Part shown: piece after piece, positions 35,396 through 45,963 of the stretch | Numbering within the stretch: position 1 is the first letter of the stretch | Layout: each line of letters starts with the position of its first letter | Source of the DNA: an uncultured Anaerolineaceae bacterium | Lineage (GTDB): Bacteria > Chloroflexota > Anaerolineae > Anaerolineales > Villigracilaceae | Direction: 5' to 3' | Assembly: GCA_964625215.1 (NCBI GenBank) | Contig: CAZVAX010000001.1 | Coordinates: 30,354-94,353 of the forward strand | DNA: 64,000 nt | Program-made: the position numbers and the translations under genes | Notes under the pieces: generated by a model | Seen by the model: only the letters and a program-made list of their open reading frames with translations | Databases searched by the model: none | Told to the model about the DNA's origin: nothing

Positions 35396-36685
35396 ATGAA
35401 AACCAAGACCCACCGCTCAGAACGAGGTCAGGCATTGATCCTGATCGTGTTCGCCATCCTCGCCTTGATCGCGTTGACCGCGCTGGCCGTGGATGGCGGC
35501 AATGTGTACGCCGAACGACGCCGCGCCCAAAACGCGGCCGACTCCACCGCGCTCGATTCCGCGCTCGCCATGGTGCGCGGCTCAGACATCACTGGCATGC
35601 GCGCGGAAGGACTGGCGCGCGCCTCCAGCAATCGCTATACAGACGCCGACGCAACCGCCGCCTCCAGCAACGAAGAAGTGAACGTGGAGATCTACAGTCC
35701 GCCCAACGACGGCCCCTACAATTGCGCGAACTCTCCCACCACCTGCGACCAATACGTCCAGGTGATCATCACCGCTGAGATAAGAACCTATTTCGGACGC
35801 GTCATCGGCATCCCCACCGTCACCAACCAGGTGCAAGCGGTGGCGCGCGGCAAGCCGCCTGTCGCCACCCCCATGGGCTTTGGCAACGCCATCGTCAGCC
35901 TCGCGCCGGACGAGTGCAAGGCTGTCACCTACCAAGGCAATGCGGATACCCTTCTCACGGGCGGCGGTATCTACGTAAATTCGAACTGCGAAGATACGGC
36001 CTTCTTTAACAACAGTGGTTCCGCCGCCCTGACGGCGCCATGTGTGCAGGCTGTGGGCGGCATTCAATACAAACCCGGCGCGCTCAACATCACACCCGAC
36101 CCGTCCTGCATCAATTCCGGCGTCTCCGTCCTGCCCGACATCGTATATCCGGACCCTGTATGCACCAGCGACGTTTCCATTGACGGCGACACCATGTCTC
36201 CTGGAACCTGGCCTCCTGCCGGACACTCTGGCTCGACCAAGTTCCCTCCCGCCGGCGTCGAAAACCTCGAATCGGGCATCTACTGCGTTGAGGAGGGCGA
36301 CTTCGTTGTGAACGGAGGCGATACGCTAACCGGGGAAAACGTTGTCATTGTAGTTGAAACCGGCGATATATCGTGGAACGGCGGCGCGGAGATCAACCTT
36401 AGCGCTCCCACAGAAGGTCCCTACGATGGGCTATTGATCTTCATGCCCGAATCGAACGATGGCGATGTGACGATCAACGGCAATTCGAACTCCAACTTCA
36501 CAGGCTCCATTCTTGTTCCGTCTGCCGATGTCACTATTAACGGAACCGGTTCGCCCACCGGCTTACACTGTCAGATCATTGGGTATACCGTGGATATTTC
36601 CGGCACGAGCGACATGAATCTGACCTACAACGCAGACGATAACTATGAAGCCCCCGTTCCCCCGCAGGTCGAGTTGGTGCAATGA
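35396..36685 (+). CDS. TadG-like (Tad domain) pilus-associated protein, paralog 1
   Basis: SERGQALILIVFAILALIALTALAVDGGNVYAERRRAQNAADSTAL. The C-terminal beta-helix-like region ends in INGNSNSNFTGSILVPSADVTINGTG. Confidence 0.7.
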   Translation: MKTKTHRSERGQALILIVFAILALIALTALAVDGGNVYAERRRAQNAADSTALDSALAMVRGSDITGMRAEGLARASSNRYTDADATAASSNEEVNVEIYSPPNDGPYNCANSPTTCDQYVQVIITAEIRTYFGRVIGIPTVTNQVQAVARGKPPVATPMGFGNAIVSLAPDECKAVTYQGNADTLLTGGGIYVNSNCEDTAFFNNSGSAALTAPCVQAVGGIQYKPGALNITPDPSCINSGVSVLPDIVYPDPVCTSDVSIDGDTMSPGTWPPAGHSGSTKFPPAGVENLESGIYCVEEGDFVVNGGDTLTGENVVIVVETGDISWNGGAEINLSAPTEGPYDGLLIFMPESNDGDVTINGNSNSNFTGSILVPSADVTINGTGSPTGLHCQIIGYTVDISGTSDMNLTYNADDNYEAPVPPQVELVQ

Positions 36686-37995
36686 ATCCTAGTCCTGCCT
36701 CCATCCGCTCTCATTCCTCCGAACGAGGCCAGGCCATCGTGCTGATTGTGGTCGCGTTGATCGCCCTGATCGCGATCACCGGCCTGGTGGTGGATGGAGG
36801 CAGGGCCTTCGCCGACCGGCGTCAGGCCCAGAGCGCCGCCGACTCGGCCGTGTTGGCCGCCTCGCTCGCCAAAATTCGCGGCGACAGTCCCTCCGCCGCG
36901 GCCTATGAAATCGCCGGGCAGAACGGCTACGAACACGGCGGCGCGTACACCGACGTGGAATACCACAACCCGCCCGTCAGCGGACCCTACGCCGGCAACT
37001 CGGAATACCTGCAGGTGATCGTCACCTCGCACATGCAAACCTACTTCGGGCGCGTCGTCACCATAGACCGCATCACCAACACCGTCGAAGCCGTGGCGCG
37101 CGCCAAGCCCTCCCAATGGGGCGAGATCATGTACGGCTATTCGGTCATCAGCCTGGCCCCCACCAGCGACTGCATGAACGAGAAAGCCTTTTGGTTGCAC
37201 GGGCAGGCCACCCTCTCCATCGAGGGCGGCGGATTGTTCGTCAACTCCAACCACAACTCCTGCGCCTTCATGCAACAAGGAAGCGGCAGCTTGGTGATCA
37301 TGGACCAAAGCCAGGTCAACGTGGTGGGCGGCGCGTCCATCCAAAAATTGACCCTGATCAAACGCCTGACCTACTTCGACTTCCGCAACAAAGGCAAACC
37401 TGACTGGGATCGCGGCCAACCCTTCCTGCCCACCACCGGCGTGACCCCCCTCTCCTACCCGCCTCCCTTCCTCCTCCCCAATCCGGCTTGCACGAAACCG
37501 GCCGAAATCAACCGCTCCGGCTCCGGCATGTCCGCCGGCTACTGGGACGAAGACTTCCCGCCCGACGGCGTCACCGACCTCGATGAAGGCGTCTACTGCA
37601 TCAGCGGCGACGTGCGCATCGGCGGCAACGCCACCCTGCGCGGCGACGGCGTGGTGCTAGTGGTGGAAAAAGGCTCCGTCCACTTCGACGGCAACGCCAC
37701 CATCCAACTCAGCGCCCCGTCCAAAGGTCCCTTCAAAGGACTCCTGCTCTTCCTGCCGCTCGAAAACCACAAACGCGTCATCCTGAACGGCAATTCGGAT
37801 TCAACCATCACCGGCACCATCCTGGCCCCCAGTTCCCTGATTCGCATCACCGGCAACGATTCCACCTACGGTTTCCACAGCCAGATCATCGGCTACCGCA
37901 TCGAACTGGACGGCGACTCGATCCTGATCGTCAAGTACATCAACGAACAGAACTACGACGCCCAGATCGCGCCCGAAATCCAACTCATCCAATAA
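36682..37995 (+). CDS. TadG-like (Tad domain) pilus-associated protein, paralog 2
   Basis: SERGQAIVLIVVALIALIAITGLVVDGGRAFADRRQAQSAADSAVL. C-terminus: LNGNSDSTITGTILAPSSLIRITGN. 4-nt overlap with paralog 1. Confidence 0.7.
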   Translation: MNPSPASIRSHSSERGQAIVLIVVALIALIAITGLVVDGGRAFADRRQAQSAADSAVLAASLAKIRGDSPSAAAYEIAGQNGYEHGGAYTDVEYHNPPVSGPYAGNSEYLQVIVTSHMQTYFGRVVTIDRITNTVEAVARAKPSQWGEIMYGYSVISLAPTSDCMNEKAFWLHGQATLSIEGGGLFVNSNHNSCAFMQQGSGSLVIMDQSQVNVVGGASIQKLTLIKRLTYFDFRNKGKPDWDRGQPFLPTTGVTPLSYPPPFLLPNPACTKPAEINRSGSGMSAGYWDEDFPPDGVTDLDEGVYCISGDVRIGGNATLRGDGVVLVVEKGSVHFDGNATIQLSAPSKGPFKGLLLFLPLENHKRVILNGNSDSTITGTILAPSSLIRITGNDSTYGFHSQIIGYRIELDGDSILIVKYINEQNYDAQIAPEIQLIQ

Positions 37996-38018
37996 GGTTT
38001 CCTTTCACGCGTCGAAAC

Positions 38019-38055
38019 AGGCCGGACCATCCGGCCTGTTTCCGTTTTGTAAGTC
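38019..38055 (+). terminator. Rho-independent terminator after the Tad cluster
   Basis: GAAACAGGCCGG-ACCAT-CCGGCCTGTTTC followed by CGTTTTGT. Confidence 0.8.
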
Positions 38056-38088
38056 GAAATTAATTCCGGCCTACATCCTGCGGTATAA

Positions 38089-38094
38089 TCTCGC
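38089..38094 (+). promoter_or_regulatory. Candidate -10 box (TATAAT) for the glmS leader
   Basis: TATAAT at 38089-38094 with a weak -35 (TTAATT, 18-nt spacer). About 50 nt upstream of the putative ribozyme cleavage site. Confidence 0.35.
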
Positions 38095-38143
38095 CCACCA
38101 AATTTAGAACGGAGGCGACCTGACACAAACAACCGGGAAAGAC

Positions 38144-38510
38144 AGCGCATGGACTTTAGTGGTTGGATAGTTTGGTAGTTTAGGTAGTTAGGCAGTTCAG
38201 ATAGTTTGATGGTTCGGTAGTTCATAACCTTCTGCAACTATAGAACTACGTAACTACGTAACTATCAAACTATTAACCAACTAAAGTTGACGAGGAAGAG
38301 GGTTCTGCGGCGCGAGCCGCGGCCAACTGGCCCTCACTCCTGCCCCTCTCCCGATTAAAGGAGAGGGAGGAAAAGGCCAGGAAAATCGAACGATCAGCGG
38401 AAGCCCTCCGGGACAGCCCGTCCCGATCTCTTTCCCTCCAGAACACAATCCCCGCGAAGAACGCCGCGCGAGCAACCGCGCGGACAAAGGCGCGAGGAGG
38501 GGCAAACGAA
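38144..38510 (+). ncRNA. glmS ribozyme: Probable glmS ribozyme/riboswitch with expanded helices
   Basis: A|GCGCATGGACT at 38144-38155 (compare consensus A|GCGCCAGAACU). GTTGACGAGGAAGAGGGTT at 38286-38304. ATCGAACGATCAGCGGAAGCCCTCCGGGAC at 38385-38414 (compare AUCGA..UUCGGCGGAUG.CUCCCGG). Located directly 5' of glmS. Confidence 0.55.
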
Positions 38511-38528
38511 GCCGGTGTCAAGTGACCC

Positions 38529-38588
38529 AGTGTCAGGTGTCAGACGCATCATCCCCCACCTGACACCTGACACGTGACACCTGACACT
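38529..38588 (+). promoter_or_regulatory. Hairpin with two alternative 3' arms just upstream of the glmS RBS
   Basis: AGTGTCAGGTGTCAG (38529-38543) can pair with CTGACACCTGACAC (38560-38573) or GTGACACCTGACACT (38574-38588). The GGAGG RBS is at 38598. Confidence 0.4.
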
Positions 38589-38613
38589 TTCAAAACCTGG
38601 AGGAACCCAACCC

Positions 38614-40455
<1,842 letters not shown>

Positions 40456-40495
40456 CGCGACAGATTAGCGTTTCATTAGAGGATGAAACGACTAC

Positions 40496-40524
40496 TTGAC
40501 TTTGCCTTCCAAATTTTGTATAGT
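40496..40524 (+). promoter_or_regulatory. Sigma-70-like promoter for the ABC/GldG-like operon
   Basis: TTGACT (40496-40501), 17-nt spacer, TATAGT (40519-40524). Confidence 0.5.
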
Positions 40525-40544
40525 ACTTTCGACACCCCAAAACA

Positions 40545-40596
40545 ACAAACGGCACGGCTGCCAACTGGCTGGCGTGCCGTTTGTTTCGCCAATTTT
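40545..40596 (+). terminator. Terminator-like hairpin inside the leader of the ABC operon (possible attenuator, or the glmS terminator)
   Basis: ACAAACGGCACG / CGTGCCGTTTGT 12-bp perfect stem followed by TTCGCCAATTTT. It lies between the candidate promoter and the RBS. Confidence 0.5.
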
Positions 40597-40613
40597 CGGG
40601 GCAAGGAGTATCC

Positions 40614-41552
40614 ATGATCCAAGTCACTGAATTGACCAAAGATTACGGCTCGCGGCGCGCCTTGAACAACATTACCTTCGAAACCCAGCAGGGAGAGATC
40701 GTCGGGTTCCTCGGGCCGAACGGCGCCGGCAAAACCACCACGATGCGCATCCTGGCCGGGTACATGCCGCCCACCGCAGGCGAGGCGCGCGTGGCCGGTT
40801 TCGACGTGGTCACCGAATCGCTCGAAGTGCGCAAGCGCGTCGGCTACCTGCCCGAAACGGTGCCGCTGTATACCGATATGATCGTCTTCGACTATCTAAA
40901 ATTCATGGCCGACCTGCGTCACATTCCCGATGTGGAGGACCGCGTGGATGAGACGCTGGAAATGGTCGGCATGTTGGATCGCTCCCAAAGTTTTATCGGC
41001 AGTCTCTCCAAGGGCATGCGCCAGCGCATCGGACTCGCCCAGGCCCTGATCCACCGCCCCGAAGTGTTGATCCTCGACGAGCCGACCATCGGTCTCGACC
41101 CGGGCCAGGTGGTGGAAGTCCGCAACCTGATCCGCGAGATCGGCAAGGAACGCACCGTCCTGCTTTCCACCCACATTCTCTCCGAAGCCCAACAAATCTG
41201 CGACCGCGTGCTTATCATCAACAAGGGCAGCATCGTGGTGGAGGATACGCCCGAAAACCTGCAAGCCCGCCTGGTGGGCGCGGAACGAGTCATCCTGCGC
41301 GTGCGCGGCGACAGCGACGGATTGGCGGAAAAGGTCGGCAAAATCAAGGGCGTGCAACATCCCAAAGTCGGGCCGGATGGCGCGTTGGAATTCCAGTTCA
41401 TGTCTGGCCAGGATGTGCGTCCCGAAGTGGCTCGCGTCGTGATTCAATCCGGTTTCGACCTGCTTGAAATGCGCCAGGTGGGAATGAGCCTGGAGGAAAT
41501 CTTCCTTGAATTGACCAAGGAAGACACTGGATCGAAAAAGAAAAAATCGTGA
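40614..41552 (+). CDS. ABC transporter ATP-binding protein (GldA-like)
   Basis: AAGGAG RBS. GPNGAGKTTT Walker A, LSKGMRQRIGLA signature, LILDEPT Walker B. Confidence 0.9.
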   Translation: MIQVTELTKDYGSRRALNNITFETQQGEIVGFLGPNGAGKTTTMRILAGYMPPTAGEARVAGFDVVTESLEVRKRVGYLPETVPLYTDMIVFDYLKFMADLRHIPDVEDRVDETLEMVGMLDRSQSFIGSLSKGMRQRIGLAQALIHRPEVLILDEPTIGLDPGQVVEVRNLIREIGKERTVLLSTHILSEAQQICDRVLIINKGSIVVEDTPENLQARLVGAERVILRVRGDSDGLAEKVGKIKGVQHPKVGPDGALEFQFMSGQDVRPEVARVVIQSGFDLLEMRQVGMSLEEIFLELTKEDTGSKKKKS

Positions 41553-41559
41553 GGCTCTC

Positions 41560-42303
41560 ATGAGAAACATTTGGACAATCGCCAAACGCGAATACCAGCA
41601 TTACTTCATCAGCCCCATCGCCTATGCCCTCGCGGCCGGGCTTCTCTTTTTGCTGGGAGGCTACTTCGCCTTTATGCTCTGGAGCGCGAACCAATTCAGC
41701 ATGTTCGGCGGCTACACCCCCAACGTCACCGACATCAACAGCCTGTTCGCCTTCCTGCTCATGATCGTCGCTCCCGCGCTGACCATGCGCCTGATCGCCG
41801 AAGAAAACAAAAGCGGCACAGTCGAACTCCTGCTCACCGCGCCCGTGCGCGACTTTGAACTGGTGACCGGAAAATGGCTGGGCAGTTTCCTCTTCATCTT
41901 AACCGTCATCGCGATCACCTTCATCTACCCGGTCATCCTGAACAGCGTGGTGGATCCTGGCATTGACCAGGTGGTTATGCTCACCTCCTACATCGGGCTG
42001 ATCCTGGTGGCCGGTTCCTTCCTCGCCATCGGCGCCGGCATCTCGGCCATGTTCAGCAACCAGATCGCGGCCTTCTTCGTTACGCTGTTCGTCTTCCTTG
42101 TGCTGTGGTGGCTGATCGGCGTCCCGGCTGGCCTCTCCACCAACGGCGGAGAATTCTTCCGCTACATGGTGGTTAACAGCCACGTGGATTCCACGCTCAA
42201 CATGGGCGTGCTCAAACTATCAGACTTTATCTACTTCATCAGCCTGACCGCGGTGGGACTCTTCACCGGCACCATGGCGATCGAAACCCGGAGATGGCGC
42301 TAA
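41560..42303 (+). CDS. ABC-2 type transporter permease (GldF-like)
   Basis: 247 aa, 6 TM. The KREYQHYFISPIAY N-terminus is typical of this family. Confidence 0.8.
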   Translation: MRNIWTIAKREYQHYFISPIAYALAAGLLFLLGGYFAFMLWSANQFSMFGGYTPNVTDINSLFAFLLMIVAPALTMRLIAEENKSGTVELLLTAPVRDFELVTGKWLGSFLFILTVIAITFIYPVILNSVVDPGIDQVVMLTSYIGLILVAGSFLAIGAGISAMFSNQIAAFFVTLFVFLVLWWLIGVPAGLSTNGGEFFRYMVVNSHVDSTLNMGVLKLSDFIYFISLTAVGLFTGTMAIETRRWR

Positions 42304-43922
42304 TGGATAACAAACCGCAGAACCGCTATTCCGTCATTGCCCTGATCGTTTCCGGGGCGGCGCTCGTTGCCACCCTGCTCGTGGGCGTCATCAAAATCCT
42401 GATCAACATGGGCGCTTTCACGCCCACCGATCCGCAAGCCTTTACGCTGGCCTTGCAGATCAGCGCGGCCCTCATCCTGGTGGGCTTGGCCGTTTACGCC
42501 ATCCTCGAACCGGATATGGTGCGTCGTTTCCTCTCAGGCCGGCAGGCGCGCTATGGCAGCAATGCCCTGGTCACCATCCTGGCCTTCGTCGGCATCGTGT
42601 TCGTGATCAACTACATGATGGCCACCAACGCCGAACTCGTAGCCATCAAAGCCGACCTGACCGAGAACAAGGTCAACACGCTTTCGCCGGAAATGGTCAC
42701 GGCCATGCAAAACCTCCCCGCGCCCTTGACCGCCACCGCATTCTACACATCCCAAAACCCCACCGACTCGGCCCGCGAATTGTTCGACGACATGCGCGCC
42801 AAGAGCGACGGAAAATTCGATTACTCCTTCATTGACCCGAATAAAAATCCGGCCGCCGCGAAGGAAGCCGGCGTCACCGGCGACGGAAAGATCCTGCTCG
42901 AAATGAGCGGACGCCGCGAGATCGCCGCCTACGCCGACGAAGCGGAAATCCTGACCGCCCTCAACCGCATTATGAATCCCGAACAGCGCACCGTCTATTT
43001 CCTGACGGGACACGGCGAGCGCAACATTGACGGGACCGACGATCTGGCCTACAGCCGCGCCCGCGATGTGCTGGAGAAGAAAAACATCGTTGTCAAATCC
43101 CTCAACCTGATCGCCGAAAACGCCATCCCCGAGGACGCCAAGGCCATCATTATTGCCGGGCCGCAGACGCCGCTTTCGCTGAATGAGGTCGGCTTGTTGA
43201 ACGATTTCGCCCTCAAAGGCGGCGCGCTCGTGATCCTCGAAGACCCCACTCCCCTCACTGAGTTTGGCGATACGCCCGATCCGTTGTTGGATATGCTCAG
43301 CAATTCCTGGGGTCTCGTTCTCCGCAACGACTTCGTAGTGGATACCGCCAACTCCAGTTCCCCGTACAACGCGGTCGGCGCGATCTTCGACGCCTCCCAT
43401 CCGATCACGCGTCCCCTGTTGGGACAGGTGGTGGTGCTGCCTCTCACGCGCAGTATCGAGGTCAAGACCCTGGAGGGCTTCACCCTCTTCTCCCTGGTGA
43501 AAACCACCCCCAGCCTCAACCAGACTCCCGCCTGGAGCGAGACCGATTTCTCGCCGCTCCAGAGCAACACCAACATCCCCGCCTTCGACCAGGATGTGGA
43601 TGTGCTAGGCCCGCTCACCCTCGTCGCGGCAAGCCAGAAAACGGATGGCGGCAGCGTGATTCTGATCGGCAGTTCCAACTTCGCCGCCGACCTGAACTTC
43701 GATGTGTACGCCAATAGCGACTTGTTCGTCAACGCCGTGGGGTGGGCCGCCGGGATGGGCGAAAGCATTGACATCACACCCAAAGACACAACCATGCGCA
43801 CGTTCAAATCGCCCAGCCAGTTGGGCGCCATCAGCATCTACCTGGGGACATTCTGCGTCATTCCGGGGCTGGTCATGGCGGCCGGCGTTTACGCCTGGGC
43901 CTCGCGCCGTCGTCGGAATTAA
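42294..43922 (+). CDS. GldG-like ABC-transporter-associated protein
   Basis: 542 aa with N- and C-terminal TM anchors and a large extracytoplasmic domain. Gene order A-F-G. Confidence 0.7.
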   Translation: MALMDNKPQNRYSVIALIVSGAALVATLLVGVIKILINMGAFTPTDPQAFTLALQISAALILVGLAVYAILEPDMVRRFLSGRQARYGSNALVTILAFVGIVFVINYMMATNAELVAIKADLTENKVNTLSPEMVTAMQNLPAPLTATAFYTSQNPTDSARELFDDMRAKSDGKFDYSFIDPNKNPAAAKEAGVTGDGKILLEMSGRREIAAYADEAEILTALNRIMNPEQRTVYFLTGHGERNIDGTDDLAYSRARDVLEKKNIVVKSLNLIAENAIPEDAKAIIIAGPQTPLSLNEVGLLNDFALKGGALVILEDPTPLTEFGDTPDPLLDMLSNSWGLVLRNDFVVDTANSSSPYNAVGAIFDASHPITRPLLGQVVVLPLTRSIEVKTLEGFTLFSLVKTTPSLNQTPAWSETDFSPLQSNTNIPAFDQDVDVLGPLTLVAASQKTDGGSVILIGSSNFAADLNFDVYANSDLFVNAVGWAAGMGESIDITPKDTTMRTFKSPSQLGAISIYLGTFCVIPGLVMAAGVYAWASRRRRN

Positions 43923-43925
43923 CCC

Positions 43926-44570
43926 ATGATCAAACGCTCTGCCCTGGTCTACTTCATCATCTTCGTCGTGGTGGCGGCCGTTGCCATCTTCCTGAAATAT
44001 CGCGAGAAGGCCGCCCCCGCCGAGGATATCGAAACCCCAACGCCGGTTCCCACCGTGGCCTTTCTATTCTCGAGTCAGGAAGGCGTGGTGACGAGCATCC
44101 TGGTGGAAAGCCGGGAAGGAAAAAGCCTGGGGTTGGAACGTCGGAATGGCGTTTGGGCAGCCACCCGGCCCTTTCCAGCCGAAACCATTCAGTCGTCGGT
44201 GGAAGAAGCGGCCAGTCAGATTCTGGCCCTGCAGGTTCTCGACAGTCTCGATCTTCCCAACGCGGATGTCGGCCTGGTCGCGCCGAGTTACACCCTCACC
44301 ATCGGGTTCAGCAGCGGCAACTTCATCATCGCCCAGGTGGGCGATGAAACGCCAACCGGAAACGGCTACTACGTTCGTAAGGAAGGCGGACCTGTGCTCG
44401 TCGTAAGCAAGTATGGGCTGCTGGCCTTGCTCAACCTGCTGGAATCTCCCCCCTACGTGGCTACGCCCACGCCCACCATCACCCCGACGCCCACCGAGAC
44501 CCTCACCCCAACCGTCACGCCCACGCCGACCCCGGTCACAGAGACGCCCACCGCAACGAATGTGCCATAA
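43926..44570 (+). CDS. DUF4340-like membrane-anchored protein with PT-rich tail
   Basis: N-terminal TM helix. Its position after gldG-like is typical of DUF4340. Confidence 0.55.
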   Translation: MIKRSALVYFIIFVVVAAVAIFLKYREKAAPAEDIETPTPVPTVAFLFSSQEGVVTSILVESREGKSLGLERRNGVWAATRPFPAETIQSSVEEAASQILALQVLDSLDLPNADVGLVAPSYTLTIGFSSGNFIIAQVGDETPTGNGYYVRKEGGPVLVVSKYGLLALLNLLESPPYVATPTPTITPTPTETLTPTVTPTPTPVTETPTATNVP

Positions 44571-44626
44571 AAGGGTATTGTATTTCAACTAAAACGCGTG
44601 TATTCTACAAGTAGCCCTTTTTCCAT

Positions 44627-44652
44627 GTGACAGTCGCTTCGGCGACTGTCAC
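44627..44652 (+). promoter_or_regulatory. 11-bp perfect hairpin with UUCG tetraloop in the rpoD upstream region
   Basis: GTGACAGTCGC-TTCG-GCGACTGTCAC. Confidence 0.4.
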
Positions 44653-44703
44653 GTTGCCGCACCAGCCTGATTTATCCGTCAATTAACCAGTGGATGTGAC
44701 CGA

Positions 44704-45915
<1,212 letters not shown>

Positions 45916-45928
45916 ATCCCGCGATACA

Positions 45929-45963
45929 ATCAGACAGTCACAAACGTGGCTGTCTGATTTTTT
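45929..45963 (+). terminator. Rho-independent terminator of rpoD
   Basis: ATCAGACAG / CTGTCTGAT stem followed by TTTTTT. Confidence 0.75.

Noticed and set aside
38161-38281. TAGTT/ACGTAACT word repeats that at first glance look like a short tandem-repeat or CRISPR-like array
   Set aside because: The two halves are reverse complements of each other (with G-U pairs) and form one long hairpin. There is no repeat-spacer periodicity and no cas genes. I interpret it as the expanded P1 helix of the putative glmS ribozyme.
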